This document shows positions 1 to 32,588 of a DNA stretch of 64,000 nucleotides, one piece after another. A program made the position numbers and the translations under genes. Under the pieces are notes generated by a model, which saw nothing but the letters and a program-made list of their open reading frames with translations, made no database searches and was not told the DNA's origin. Location of the stretch: contig CAVNZM010000008.1 of NCBI GenBank assembly GCA_963693365.1, forward strand, positions 3,935,572 to 3,999,571, written 5' to 3'. Position 1 is the first letter of the stretch, and every line of letters starts with the position of its first letter. Source of the DNA: Amoebidium appalachense. Lineage: Eukaryota > Protista > Ichthyosporea.

Positions 1-68
1 CCCCCTTCCCCCCCCCCCCCCCCCACGCACACACACACTCTCTCTCTCCCCCTCTCTCTCTCTCTTGC

Positions 69-5919
<5,851 letters not shown>

Positions 5920-7188
5920 ACCTATCCGAATACACGATGAAAGTTATGCAAGGCAAAGTATTCACATTTCAACTCATTAAACGTTTCAACTCATAAAACG
6001 ATTCAACTCATAAAACGATTCAGGAAGCAACATGTAGAGCGTTGCTATGAAAACAAGATATTAGTACTACACACGCACTCATGGTTTTAGTGGTCAAACC
6101 CTACGTACGTAGACTTCACTGTGGGATTTTAGGCTCATCTCGGCTTGAAGTCGGTTTGATATGACATAGAAAGCAGTGGCATCATATGTGTTGGCAAATT
6201 ACTTCAGTCCAGATCGAAAAACAAGCCGGTGGTTCAATGCACACACAGGGCATCCAGAACGAAGCGCGGGAGGTAAATAAATATTCTTAATTAGATGTGA
6301 AACCTTACTACATTTTTAATGCTTCATTGCCTCCGAGTGATCCACTTATACGTTGATCATGATACACCATATGAATAGAACCGAGACCAACCTTTTTTTT
6401 TTTTTTTTTTTGGTTTGTTCTGTTTTTTGGTTTGTTTTGATCTGTTTTTTGATTTGTTTTGTTTGCAGTTGCTAAGAGTGTTCGCATTATTTAGAGTATG
6501 GTTCATACGCAAATGTAGCTTGTGGGGTAACCGTTAAGAGAATAAAGGCTATATATACTTTCTCAGTGTGCATGAAACACATGTGAATAAAGTGGAGAAA
6601 TACTTGGTTTTCTGGTTGTAGTTATATTGTATCTAGATCTGGAAGGGCAGGTAATAAGGTTTCCTTGTGGTCTCTAGATATGTTCTCCCGTGTAAGGTGG
6701 TTGTTTTTCTCATGCCCTTTCTGCACATCTAGCTATTTCTTCTGTAGCCCTGTGCCGCATATGACCCACGTTCTTCCATCTATTCTAGTACTAGAACTAT
6801 TGGTACATATGAACAAAGTTTCGCCATGTACATACAGTGATCCAAAAAATGTAAGGTTTCGATTGAAGCCTGGGACTGAGCCCTAAGGGGCATTAATATA
6901 TGCCCCCGCATGTTAACCACAGAGTGACTGTGCAAGAGTACACTGTGTTAACGTTTATGCTGCTCTGCATTCTGTAAAGGGGGGGGGGGGGGGCATTTTC
7001 TGCAATTCAGCGTTGCCATTATAGGTGAGCTTGATATCAGACGGTGGTCCATGGATGAGGATTCTTTATCTCATTCAAATCGCCTCAGGCCATGCAAACT
7101 GTGATTGGGTGTGAATGAACATTTTCTTGCTTTCATAGGCCTTGCATATCATACATATCTCATGCCTCAACACGCATCCCCCCCGGCC

Positions 7189-7230
<42 letters not shown>

Positions 7231-7581
7231 ACCCAATCCAAATAAAAAAAGGAAAAAACAAATTAACAGACGTCTAGATCTAAGTCCAAAAGACTCGGAC
7301 TGAAAAAGTGCATCATATCTCAGTTCATTACTGGCTAAAAGGAGGAGGGTCCTCATTAGGTGCCCTGACTATCACGTCTCTCCCAAATTTCCGATGAAAT
7401 GTATCTCGTTGAATAAGACTGTGGCATTGTGGGCCCTGACTATCACATTCTTCGATATCTCCATTATACATCCGATCAAACATATATTCGTCCGTCACTG
7501 AGTAAAAAGATGCCATGTGGCTCCTGTCTATCACGTTCCGATATATCTCACTCAATTTCAGTTCAAACATATCTGCATCCA

Positions 7582-13285
<5,704 letters not shown>

Positions 13286-15265
13286 GATTGCATTCAGCTG
13301 TTCTCGGGGAGGAAAGACCTTTGTGTTTTCAGCACGACGCTTCTTCACGTCAACCGGGTCAAAGCAACGGCTGTAAAATGCCTCCCCTGTTCAAGAAGGG
13401 TTTGTTAACGAGGGTGACGTTAAGAATGATTCTTTGCGGAGAAGGGGGGAAAGGGTCCTCTCCTGCTTCGTGTTCCCCGAGATCTCAGCTGATTAAAAGA
13501 AACAAGGAGATTGATGCTGAATGTCAGGGGTGGGCGAATGAAGCATTACTGTGCATCTGCTTTGTTTGTGATCATTCTACAGCTGGTAAATGCTTAGCGT
13601 CTCAGTAAATCTTTTGAGAGAAAGGATGGTAGTAGTGGTCACCAACGAAAGTCTCCAGCCGTTTTTCTTACTTTCCGTCTAATGCTCGCGCAATTTTTTG
13701 CTGTTGTGTTGTCCTAACCAAGCACTCGTTTAGCTAGGTATACGATTGATAGATCCCTCGCCTTCCCTTCTTAGTCTGATGATAGCATGGAAGTCAGTGA
13801 CATGACGGGGGCCCGGGGTAGGGTGTGTGCGTGTGGGGGGAGAAGGTTTCCCACTCTAAAGTATGTGCATGGCATAACATTCGCCTTCGACTGGCGGGAG
13901 GGGAGGGGGCGGAGGGGGGGAGGAGAGGACTCACCCATGTCCATTGTGGAAGGGTATTTGTTCACTTTGTGACCCATTTTCCGCACAGACACGCATGATG
14001 GAAGTGTTGAACATAACACCAGTGGAGCGAGAAACAGTCCATTCTTTAACAGTGGAAGCTGGGCTCTTTGGATCACGGCCATCTTGAACACAGCCTTGTG
14101 TTTACACGACTAAGGTTCAAACGGTTGAAAAACTTGTGGGCTTGTGTTCTGGTAAGAAAAAAACTGCTTTCCAAGTCCCGTTTCTTTCAGTTTTCAAGGA
14201 AAAGCCTGAAACAAAAAAATGTGGCTCACACTTTTGCCCAATTTTGGCAGAAAACAACACAAAAACAAATTGACCAATCAACTTGATCCATTGTTGGTCC
14301 CCTACAACCTTTACCAACCCCAATGCTTAGTTACCGCCCTGGGCCGGATTATCCGGATAATGGTCTTGTTATTCGACTGTTCAACAAAAACACTCTTAAA
14401 CTCATAAATAATGTGTTTATGATAAGCGATCTTATACCGAAATCGCATCAGGATATTCATGGCATTCAATGTTGAAAGTATCTAAACATAGATGGAAGGG
14501 CACATGCATGATTATGGCTGTGGCCGTGTGGCCCCTTCAAGGTTTAGGGTGTCCTTCATATTAGAATCTGATTGGCTACAACAGCACCATTATTTACGCA
14601 AAACCATTCTCAAGTTACTTGTAACTGGCCAACAGGGTTCGAGACCTCGGTACAGCCGCTGAGCTCAGGAGCTGATTTTAGTGTGGCTTCTTGAAGCTGT
14701 CAAGTTGCAGGATAAGAAAGAAAAAATTCAAGCGAGAACAGAGTCACAATCCACCCCATGACAGATTTTTGGAGGTGGTGCATGAAAAATGTTTCTCCAG
14801 TTTTGCTTTCTGCAGTCATGATGGATTCGGAATAGAAACCCCTGCCCTTCCATCCTCACCTCCCATGTGGTCCGGGCCTATCTGGATCCATGCATACGTA
14901 TGTACATGTGTCACTATTGAGCCATTTTGTTGGGGACAGGGGACCCTTGTGGAGATAATGATGGTGGTGAGGAAAGGTGGGGAAGGGGAAAGGGGGGGGG
15001 GGGGGGGGGGGGGGAGGGGAGGATGAATGCATGCCGGAGTGTAAGACTGATAATGCTAGCCAGATGTGCAAACTATATTATGCCTCCACATCATGATACA
15101 CGTGTCAACAGATCACAAACCATGATGCCAGTCGTCCGTAGAAGGGAGTAGCAGCTAAACAGGCAACACATAGCAAGTGTATATGCACACACTCATGCAC
15201 GCACACACCAACGCACACCCGCACGCACGCACGCAGACATGCACACACGCACTCACTCACGCACG

Positions 15266-15332
<67 letters not shown>

Positions 15333-15366
15333 CATTCATACACACACACTCTCTCTCTCTCACTCG

Positions 15367-15419
<53 letters not shown>

Positions 15420-15654
15420 CCCCCCCCCCCCCTCCCCCCGGGCAGTACACACACTCAGCGTCAGCAAGCTTATAAGCACACACTAAACACCAAGCACACA
15501 CACATACCACACACCAAGCGCGCGTGTGCACACACACTGTCACACACACGCACACACACACATTGCGGCGCGTGCACACACACGCGCGCACACAAAAACA
15601 AACACACACACACACTGACACACACGCAGAGAGACTAACGCTCGCGCAGTCACA

Positions 15655-15733
<79 letters not shown>

Positions 15734-15860
15734 GGCACACGAACAAACATACAGTGTGCGACACGCACACGAGTGCACACACACACATCCAAACACACAT
15801 CTTGGTACACATACACACACTTGCTCGCAGACACATGCACACACACGCACGCGCGCGCGC

Positions 15861-15923
<63 letters not shown>

Positions 15924-16814
15924 ACACACACAAGCTCTCCGGCACACGACAGGTTCAACTCCGATACTGCGCGTGCGTTCACCTCGCGCACGCACAGACG
16001 CCCATACACGCACACAAACACACACAAGCAAGCCACTCAGCCACACATAGTCAGAACCCCCCAGTATTTCCTAGCACACACGCATAGGTGCACACACGCA
16101 GACACACACATGCACATGCCAAAAACGTTAACATAAACCTATGTACGGGAGCACAACTTGTGGGGAAATGTACGTAAACTTGCACCACACGGGCAAAAAC
16201 AAAGACACAGACAGACGACACACATGCGTGGCCGTGGCGGATGTCTGGCATAGGTTATTTTTTTTAAAAAAAGCCGATGTGGTTGGGCCCTTTGCGGATG
16301 TGTGCGTGAGTCAGTGTGCCGGTGTGCGTCACACGTCCCTGTGTGTGCGTGCTTAGTAAGCATGTGTGTGTGACACCGTGTGTCTGTGTTCATCTGATCT
16401 TCGTTTTAATGGGGGTGTCACCGGGGAGGAGGGGGAGGGGGAGGAATGATCATCATGAGAAAGAGGACGGAGGGAAGAGAGAAGCTATAGAGGGTGGTAT
16501 GGGGGGGTGGAGGGGGTGGGGAGGGGGTCGACGAGCAGGATCGAGGAGGAAGGGGGGGGGGAGGTGGGGGGGGGGGGGGGGGGGGGGGGGGGGAGGGGGA
16601 GGGCAGAAAGGGGGTACTTCTGTATATTTGATATTTGTTTACGCTCGCCATCCTCATTCTGGGTCTTAAATGGAACAACAACACGTGTATGTATGTATGG
16701 CCATGGCTATAGACTCTGAGGGTGCGGACAGGTATCTCGAAGTTCCGTGTTAGAGCATCTTTTTGCCTTTCTGGTAGTGGCTGTGAGAAGGAAATTATAT
16801 TTGAAAGAGAGAGA

Positions 16815-16857
<43 letters not shown>

Positions 16858-17399
16858 AGAGCGGAGGACGGGAGGAAGTTGTACATCGTGCGTTCATGTT
16901 ATGCACAAGTGCGGCAAGTGCGCGGCAACTCGGTCCGTCGTCGGATTGGCTGAACGCTCACCCAATTGGATCCCCCAACACTGCTAAGTGGGGGGGCCAC
17001 CGTATGTCCGTATTTTTTCTTTTGACTGGATTTATTCGACGGAAAGATATGCAAGTATGCACGGCGTACTGAGAAGACAATAAAAACTTCACGAGTTATC
17101 CAGTAACAAGTGCATACTGAGATACCTGACCACTGTGTGAAAATCATATAAATACTCAATGTGACGACCAACAGAATTCAACAAAAAACCTTAAGTGTTC
17201 ACATTGCCAGCTAATGTAGCAGACACCCATAGGGAAAGAGGTAAAACGCGACATAAAAACTCACACCTATCAACATGCTTGCGATTAAAAAGTACCTGCG
17301 CTCCCCGGGAATTTTAGACCCCGTTTCCAAATGTGTGTAACAGTATGTAACTAGTAACTACGGAATATTGAGCCTCGTTATACCAAAATACCCATATTT

Positions 17400-18800
17400 C
17401 GTGTGAATTTATTGACTTCTACTATATGTAGAACCACATGAAATCCATGTCTGTAACGGAATTTTACGTGGCCTAAATGTCGAAAAGGGAAAATCGTAAA
17501 TCCGCTGTTACACACGTACGACTCGCCCCACACATATGAGTTTTGGGGGATCCCCCAATTCTGTAGCCGCACGCAATTCCTATTGGTCCACAGATTGCCC
17601 AATCGGGTGCAATCGTAGCCAATCAACATATTTCTGATATGAGCGGTGGTAGGAGCTTTTTTCCAGACAGATTTGTCAGGAGCTTCATGCTGTATATTGG
17701 TAACATAAGTGCTATTAGGTAGTATTCGTCAATCAAAAATAAATTAAGTATTTCGATTCATAGAAACACCAACCTTCGTTATTTTATAGCATCATCAGTT
17801 ACTGCTGTGGATGTTCTATGGTATCTTTATTTGGGGATAGAACATAAATAGGTTCTGCGGATTTGCCCCCGTCGGAAGGGTGAAGCTTCATTAGCCAATA
17901 CGGTGCATCCAGCCTGCTTTTTGCCTGCTTTTTGTCCCGTCGGTATCAGAAGGACCATCGTGGTGGTGCCCTCCTTTGCATAGTAATTTTTAGCTTTTAC
18001 AAACAGTCTTTATGAAGTTCCAACAGAATTGACGTTGTAAACATTATATTCTCCGGCGTAGGTTCAATAGGCTTCAAATACATTGTGTAACACCAGACAT
18101 TCAAAAAAACAATTCTAGAACAACATGATCGGTGACTTGCACACGCGTGCCTGGGCGACACCAGTGTTCAACTGCATACTGCCAAGGGCAGAGGGGCGCC
18201 TGTGTGTGTCGGGATCAAAGTGCATGAACACATGCCCATACAGCTATATCTTCATTATTAATGATATACTGTATGTATATGCATATGCTCGTATCAACTT
18301 TTTAGTGGCAACAATTATAGCGGAGCTCCGGAAAAATTTAATGTCTGGGCACTTTGTTGTAGATGCAATTGCCTCATGATAATAATAAAGAATGCGTGAA
18401 TATATATCACCATGGATTTGCTTTACCTCTGCGAATAAAATGCTAATAAAAGCCCGTGTATTCTCTGTCTGTACATGACCAGTAAATACTAGTAGTAGGG
18501 GCTGGGAGCTCGCGAGCACCTGCTGGGAGCACAGGGCATAGATATGCATTCGGGGTTGTTCAGCCCTAGTTCGAATTCCCCTTCTACTGTAACTAACCAT
18601 CGGCATAGGCTATATATGCATTGGTCGCACCATAGCGGTGACCGCGGCCCATAATAACTATAATTGCACATATATTCGAACTCTGCTCTCACGCACGCTG
18701 ACCGTGGCTGGCGGAGTGGCCCCGTGGGCCGAAGAGTGATCACAGGTGCCTGCCGGTCCACACACATGTTACGGCAGCACTTTTGAGCTGGCACGAAGTC
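17400..18800 (-). mobile_element. Possible decayed Mutator (MULE)-like transposase remnant
   Basis: Microsatellite-free island. Broken minus-strand frames read (N)P-RMHIYAL...QPLLLVF...ENTRAFISILF...AI...P and further on TTSILLELH...LK, loosely resembling MULE DDE segments. Multiple stops and frameshifts; no TIRs identified. Confidence 0.27.
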
Positions 18801-19653
18801 AGATACAGTACATATATGTTTTGTTGTCTTAGGGCCTTACTATTGTTCGTTTTTAGATGGCTGGCCTATTCGTTGTGCAGACATAGAGTAGCCAAGTGTA
18901 TGTATCGAAGGACTCTTGTGATACCACGTTAACTTTTTTTCAAAACTTTAAGTTTTCTTACTTGTATCTAGGCTCTCTGTAGTGTGCACTAGGTTAACAG
19001 ATATATATCCGATAGGCGGTGCCGTTTGCTGTATGCCGTTGCTCATTCCACCGCAAAAACAATTTGTTAAAAGCATTTCTCCAAAACAAAAGCATATCTC
19101 TTTAGCCGAAATACAACACGAGAACTAGTTCCTTTACAGTTTGGTGGGCGTCGCAAATATTGATCGACCACCTCCCTGCAGCAAGAATACACCAGGACGG
19201 AAGTGTACTGCATGCCTATATCATTACTTCATAAGCATGGTGCCTCTACATGTCCATAAGCAAATTCTTTAGGGCAGATTTGTGTTTTTTTTTGCCCCCA
19301 CAAAGTATTGGAACTATCATTATAATCGCCCACCCAAGAGCATCGATTCGGGTACAGTAACTGTAATTAGGCCATTTCCACGTGCGGTCAGTACGTGACT
19401 AGTCGCGCGTTTTCGACCCCTACGACGAAAGGACTTAAGACACTACATTGTGCACATTGAACCTGTCAAATTCCACAGCAGCCAGTTTCGGAGTTGCTTT
19501 CCATTTTCTTTTTTTTTTTCCCTAAAAAGAAACAAAAACAGTGCAATTGCAGCGAGCACTCACCAAGGTACGGCAATATTTCCACAATTTATTTGGGACA
19601 ACCTGCCGCAAAGACGCTTCCACTTTGCCTTGCTTGGGTATAATCTCGCTAGA

Positions 19654-20223
19654 ATGAAGAACAAAATATCACAGCAAGCAGCAACCTACGGACGGGGGCC
19701 AAGGGAAACAGCTGCAAACGCGAACGCAAAACTCTCCTACCTCGACGTACTACAGGCGGAGCTCGACGCGGTACCCGCCACAAACATAAATCAAAATTTC
19801 ATGCACGCTTCGAAAATACGTACTGGTACCCTTAACGAATCAGGTGTTGTTTTGCTTATGGCGTGCCAACCGCAACCGGTCGATCTATCACCGATCATGG
19901 AAACTATGCAACAGGATATGAGAGTCGCACAGTTTATAACCGTTCCCGGTACGTCTTCTTCGGCACAAACCGTTCAAGTTGTGTCGGAAGCCGAAATAGC
20001 CATACGAAAAACGGATTTGCAATCGCATGTTGATGAGGAGCATGTCGAATATTGGGCTCAATCGGCAATCGACGATTCGATGGAGATGGCAATTTACGAT
20101 GGCGATTCGCAGGTTGAAAATGTTGAAATTTCAGAACCCAATCCCAATTTGCATGATAGAAGCCAGCCACCACTCAACACACACGATGAAAGTGTGCACG
20201 TGGGGCCAAGTTCAGCGGCCTAG
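19654..20223 (+). CDS. Hypothetical protein (about 189 aa from ATG 19654) with an acidic C-terminus
   Basis: Open frame in complex, non-repetitive sequence (track ORF 19450-20223); no recognisable motif. Confidence 0.35.
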   Translation: MKNKISQQAATYGRGPRETAANANAKLSYLDVLQAELDAVPATNINQNFMHASKIRTGTLNESGVVLLMACQPQPVDLSPIMETMQQDMRVAQFITVPGTSSSAQTVQVVSEAEIAIRKTDLQSHVDEEHVEYWAQSAIDDSMEMAIYDGDSQVENVEISEPNPNLHDRSQPPLNTHDESVHVGPSSAA

Positions 20224-21392
20224 TTAAAAATACCTTCTATTTCGTCTTCCTTTTTTCTTTTTTTTTTGCCCTCTCTTGCTCCCCCCTCCCCCCCCTTCTT
20301 CCTTGCCTCTCTTCCTGTTTTCATTTCTTTTTTTTTTTCCTTTGGGAGACGAAAATAAAAGAAAAAATGGGTTGTTCATCATGCTGAACTTTTTTTAATG
20401 CAAAGCTAAGAAAAGTACGCTATTGGGTTATAATATGGGTTTACGGTATTGCTTTTTACTGGAGGCTCGCCACCTTTGAGAGTCTTAACACAGGATGCTT
20501 ATTGGTGCCTAGAATTTACCTGCCCTTATCTTTGGCTCTTTTTATCCGTTTTTTTTTCCTCCTCCACATGACAATACCATAACACATAGCAGTTATGGTG
20601 TTTATCAAATCATAATATGCGGTGGTGGTGAGGATTTATTGTAATGAACAGATAAATGATTTGAGCGAATGAAAAACATTCTTCATCAAAACAAAAATCT
20701 ATACATTATCGGCTTGAAATAGATTGTTGATGTTTCGGAACAACGGGTTAAACACGTGGTTGTCGTCTGGTTCAATTGATTTCCTATATGATATTAACCT
20801 CTTAACACTCAAACCGTTCTTTTGTGCAAAAGACGAATTTCACTTCGTTTTTCATACATGCGGACAGCTTGTGGTCAAAAAAGAATTAGTGTTACCCAAA
20901 CCACAATCTCCCTTCATATATACTTCTGCTTCTACTTTTTTCTGCATGGCATTATTCCATCAATCACTATCCCCCCCCCCCCCTCCCCCCCCCCCCCCTC
21001 CTCTCCCCTCCCCCTCCCTCCTTCCCTTCCCCCTTCCTCCTTTCTGCCCACCCACACACCGTGTCCCACCCTCCATCCCCCTTCCCCTCCGCGCAAAAAA
21101 ACAAAAAAAAATAAACAAGAAAGAAAGCAAAAGAAGGGGGAAAAAAAAGAAAAAAGAAGGGGGAGAAACGGAGGAGGTGAGGGAGCGGGGGGGGGGGGGG
21201 GAGGGGGGGGGGGGGGCTAATAAAAGGAAGGGTGCAGTGGGCACACACGGTGCACGTGCATGCATACACACACATATGTACGGGGATACGCACACGGTGT
21301 CTGTTCAAGCTCATGGACGTAGGTTTTTCGTTTTTTTATCTGTTGGGTGGGTGGGGTGGCGGCGGCCGGTTGGGGGGGGGGGGAAGGGGGCG

Positions 21393-21434
<42 letters not shown>

Positions 21435-21852
21435 GATCCATTACCCTGCCTTCCCCCCTCCCCTCCCCTCCCCCCCCCACCCCCTTCCCTCTCCTCCCTC
21501 TCCCCACCGTCCTCGCCCTTCTGCCCCATGTTAGCCGTGGCGTGCTCAGATCAAGTCCTCACATCATTGCCGACCCTCCCCCCTCCCCCCACCCACCCAC
21601 CCACCCATCCCCACCTCTCCCTATCCCTCCCCCCTCCCCCTCCTCCCCCCACCCCCCACCTCATCCTCCACCTCCCTGCCCCTCCTTCCACAACCTGTCT
21701 GCTCAAAACCCGCCTCCACCCCCCCCCCCCCCCCCCCCTCCAAACCCTCCCAACTATCTAAAAGGCACCCCCCTGCTTGGTTCCTAACAGCCCCTCTCCC
21801 CGCTTCTGTATGCCCATATCTGGCTTCTTCCCCCTCCCCGGGCCCCCCTCCC

Positions 21853-21884
<32 letters not shown>

Positions 21885-22352
21885 ACCACACACACACACA
21901 TGCACACACACATACACCAAACTCCTGAATCCCAAACAAGTTCCCCCTATCCACCCATCTCACTCCTTTCTCACTCTCTTACCATTTTCACCCCCCTTCA
22001 ACCAAACACAAACGATGCATCCGTATACAAATTTCATTGGAAACCATCTTCCAGAACGATTTTTTTTGACAGCCAATGCCACTAAGTACTACATGCACAC
22101 GATTCATTGAAGACAGTTATGAAAGGCCCCGTGCCTAACTGGTAGATTAGATAGATTAGATTAGATTAGATTAGCAAAACCGCACACATCTAGTCACGTG
22201 AGTGTGTGTGGCCTGGCATGGGGGTATGGTGGTGAGGGAAGTCACGGGGAGTCGTGAAAAACGGGGGGGAGGGGGGAGGAGGGGGTGGGGAGGGGGGGGG
22301 GGGTGAAATAGTGGGGTTCCAGTGCTCAGGTGCCCCCCCCCCCCTCCCCCCC

Positions 22353-22397
<45 letters not shown>

Positions 22398-22832
22398 CCC
22401 CGCCTTCCCCCCGCCCTCCCCCCCCCCCCCCCCCCCCCCCCGTGCCCCCTGTCCATGGCGCTTGCATCGGAACACATGCTTTCTTGCCATCTCACCACTA
22501 TAAGGTATCGATGGGGTTTGCTCATATAATCGCCTTTTACAACTAACAAAACGTATTTACACGTCGAACAACCCCCCCCCCCCCCCCCCCCCCCCCCTTT
22601 CTCCACCCCCCCCCCCCCCCCCCCCCCCCCCCACCACCACCACCACCACCCCTTTTCTCCTGACCAAGTTTTTTTGTACTATTACTTACCTCCAACCCCC
22701 CCTCCCCCCCCCTCCCCCCCGGTCCCTTCTAACCCCCCCATCCCGCCCTGCACCGTCCCACCCCGCCCACCCATGATACCCCTGGCCTCAATTCTCCCCT
22801 TCCCTCTTTCCTCTCCCCCTTTCCAGCCCCTC

Positions 22833-22866
<34 letters not shown>

Positions 22867-22983
22867 ACCCCCTTCTCACAGGACACCTGCTTTTGTGCAC
22901 ACACTTTTTATTCAGTATAATTTCTCCCCAGCAGCCTCCACGTGTACCAGTATCTATCTATATGCCCTTCCTCCTAGATCTGC

Positions 22984-23048
<65 letters not shown>

Positions 23049-23603
23049 TTGGTCCCTCCCCTTCCATCCAACCTGCAGCTGAACCACTACCACCACCGTC
23101 GCCGCCGGCCCCAGTCCTCCACCCGGAAAAAGGGAATCAAAAAGTTAATAATGGAATTAAGGGGTTTTTGGTCAGTGTTCCGTATCGGGTCAGGCCTAAA
23201 TGGTACCATACCATATCATTGATTGGTGTGTTGTGGACCTGCATAACTAAAACTTGAAGGGCCAAATAAAATTGGCCTAAAAAATTACCTTAACATAAAC
23301 TTTCTACGGGCACACGCCCAGACACACACCTGCACCCACTTATCAACCCCCCCCCCCCCCCCCCCCCCCCCTCCGCTCCCCTCCCCCGTCCCCTACAAAG
23401 AAAGAAAAAAGAAAAGAAAACATAAACATCACACCACACACACACACACACCATTACCGAGATCATGAACTTTATTCATAGCCTCATGAGACCTGTTTGT
23501 ACCAGAGCTCTCCTAGTGATGGTGAATGGATAGTGAAGTGCGCACCATTAAAGAGATCGAATGGTATACATAGTGGATGGAAAGGGAGGAATTGTGGGCA
23601 TTG

Positions 23604-23640
<37 letters not shown>

Positions 23641-23671
23641 GTTGTGGGGGGAAGACGGGGGGGGGGGGGGG

Positions 23672-23811
23672 TTGAATGCGGAACACGGTACGAAGTACAC
23701 ATACACGACGAGAAGCATGGTGCAGGACACATGCAAAGGCAATAAGTATGCAACATCAGCAATACGCACAGTATGTGTCATAAGCAGAGCCCATCCTCAG
23801 GGAGGGCCCAA
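23672..23811 (-). mobile_element. Repeat family B, 5'-truncated copy (intergenic)
   Basis: Matches 3293-3439 and 46795-46925; abuts a poly-G tract on the + strand. Confidence 0.8.
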
Positions 23812-24760
23812 TGGGGAAACAACCACACGTTGTTCTCATACTCCCCACACGCATGTGGTTCACACCCACACACACACACCCACACACACACACACACACA
23901 CACACCGCACACACACACACACACACACACACACGCAGACCCTTGAACACCTGCACACAAACACACGTTCCCAACTAGGCACGTGTACACGCGCACACAC
24001 GTACATATACGTGGACACAACCACAACCAAGCCCTGCACGAACACCATTACTCACATACACATGCAAACGAGGGCACAGTCACACGGGCGCGATTTTTCG
24101 CCAAATGCATATCGATATCGCACCGTTTGGGTAGCTAACGAGGCAAGAGAAGTGTTCGTTCTATTGCACACCAAATTTTGACTTTACCTCCACGGGATAT
24201 TCACAACTGAATTTCTTTTTCTGCTTGTGTTCGGCAGCTTACACAAGGTGATTCCATATTGAACATGTAATCTCGTTACCAACTTCGAAATAGCCTTCTG
24301 TATACCATTGGTTTTAAAAATCACACACAAATGCACTATTCACCAGCATAAAAAAGGAGGGGAATACTAAGGTAAAAAAAATAAAAAGTAGAATAAATCT
24401 CCGCAAGAAAACACATAAGGCATGGTCCTGCTAGTCTGCACAAACTCTGTTAAAAAGCCACATCAACACCTTGAAACAAAAACAAACAAACGACCAGCAC
24501 AAAACCAGAAAGAAAGAAAACGAACAAACAAACAAAAATACCAGATTTTGCTGCACAAGGCAAACCGACAAACGAAAGGCGGTGTGGTGTGTAGCTAGAA
24601 TAGGATAAGTTTCAACATCACCAATCAGATAAAAGCTCAGTAGAACACAAAACATGTGTGTGTATTTTCACACAGCACATGCACCATTTGGTCTATACAT
24701 ATTATTAGTGTGCCTGTGTGAGGCATGATTAATAGCGTGCAAGTCTCTCTCTCTCTCTCT

Positions 24761-24791
<31 letters not shown>

Positions 24792-24858
24792 CTCTCTCTC
24801 TCTCTCTCTTTGTGTGTGTGTGTGTGTGTGTGTGTGGGGGGGGGGGGGGGAAGAGTGT

Positions 24859-30617
<5,759 letters not shown>

Positions 30618-31919
30618 GTTGATGTCCTCTGTGATGAAGTAGTTGGAGTCAAATATAGTGTTCTAAGTGGGTAATTAAACTAGAATGCATTGATGTAAAC
30701 CGGCAGAGTGAATCCTTTGCGGCTACGGGGTTTACAAAAGAAATGATAGGCTGGAACTGAGGATGTCGAAGCTGTTACGAGGACGTGATGTGTATTTTGA
30801 GATCTATTGTGCAAGTGCGTTAATCTGTGTATGAAGAGGGGTGATGTAGCTGTCCGATCTTCAGGCTCTTAGCCCGTGACTTCAACTCTCAGCGTGTGCA
30901 AAACTGTGAAACCTACTTCCTTTTTCTCTTATCAAGGGAAACAGAGAGCAGGGACTCATGGGGTGTGGTGGATGGGGGCTGGGTGGATGCGAGGGGACAT
31001 GAATTGCCTGAGGTCGGAGGAAGAAAATTCAAGCCGTTGTTTTGTGCCCATGCCAGGGATCTACGGTTTAAACTATTCGCTCACTCAGAAATACCACCGC
31101 CCATGCCCTCTCTCCCTCAACCAGTTCCTCCCCCCCCCCTCTCCCAAACTCCCCCCTCCCCCCCCGCCCGAACTTCCTCCTCCCCCTCCTCCCTCTCTCC
31201 CTGCCACCAACACCTTCATGACCATTCTGAGTAAAGCATTAAAATACCACCAACCCAAGCCACTCTTTCTCCTTCCACCTTTTCATGTTGCTTGAATTGT
31301 TACATAAATAGCAAACCGCAAAATGAAAGTTCACCTAATTAGCTGCGAACTAAGTCAAAAACACATATTCAAACCCATGCAACTTTTCAGAAACCTCCAA
31401 GGAATGGGCTGCGGCAACTAGCTATAGGCCATCGTCTACACAATTAGTGGGAGAATCATGCTCACCTTTCTCAGACGAGCGCCCGCCGGCCTGGAAGCAA
31501 CCCTTTATTCAGCTGCTTGTTGGGCAACCAAGTCAAATAATGTGCGGGGGCCTGCCTACTTAATATTAGTAAAGCACAAGTATCGTTTGGCTCTAGCCTA
31601 CTTGCAAGCAAACCTCAAAACCTTCCCAAAAAAACAAACACAGGTTTTCAATGGTGGTCCGTGGTCTGTGTGCATCCCAATCCTTATCCACCAATTAAAT
31701 GCGCCTGCGGCTCATAAGGGGACTCGACCAATGCACCCCTATCCATGCAGATCGGTCTATCCGTTCTCCTGTAGCCAATCAGAATGCCGTACTAGGAACC
31801 CCTGACAGGTTACCGGAGAGGACAGCAAACCAACCAACGGCATTAGCACCGATAGTCTTACATCAGACACCCTTACTTGTGCCATGGGGACCGGACCAGA
31901 ACAGGTGAGAAAATCAAAA

Positions 31920-31952
<33 letters not shown>

Positions 31953-32580
31953 GGGGGGGGTATGGCCAGGGGGGGGGGGGGGGGGGTAGGATCTAATCCC
32001 CCTCAGTGATGACGTAAGCGGATGATGAACGCAGTTGGAAATGCACCGGAGGAATTCTTTGCATGAGCCAGTCACGGATCACCGAGCCGAGGCATATTAT
32101 GTTGAACCGGTTCGGACCCTACTAATTAGTGTTATTTTGTAGAAAAATAATAAGGATAAAATAATACACTATTATTGTGAAATTATTATTTTCGTGTCTT
32201 CTTAAAAAAAAATAATAATAAAAAATTGCCCGATGCAGCGTGGGAGGCTCACCAGGGAGCGCGCTCAGCGCAGTGACCGCATCGAAAGACGTGGAACATT
32301 CTGCCGCCTGCCAGCTTCAGCACTGCACAGGGCGGGGCCCAAGACAACAAAATGATCTCTTAGCCTTAGGGTTTGAATGAAGGTTCCAAAAACCAAGTTT
32401 TTACCTGATTGGATACCTTGTTAAACCAAAAACCTCTTTTAGAATCGTAATTACAACTTTAGCTCCGTCGTATTTATGACCGATAAGATGATATTGTTTA
32501 ACCCTGCTAGGAGCCAATCGATTGTCCGCGACTGTTTCAAGTAGAAACGAGGCGTTCCGTTTCTATTGATTGCCACCAAG

Positions 32581-32588
32581 TATAAAGG
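32581..32588 (+). promoter_or_regulatory. Candidate TATA box, with CCAAT at about 32514, for the membrane-protein gene
   Basis: TATAAAGG about 310 bp upstream of ATG 32891, followed by TCATTC initiator-like motifs about 25 nt downstream. Confidence 0.4.

Noticed and set aside
22143-22174. (TAGAT)n as a telomeric repeat
   Set aside because: Short internal pentamer microsatellite with no sign of a chromosome end.
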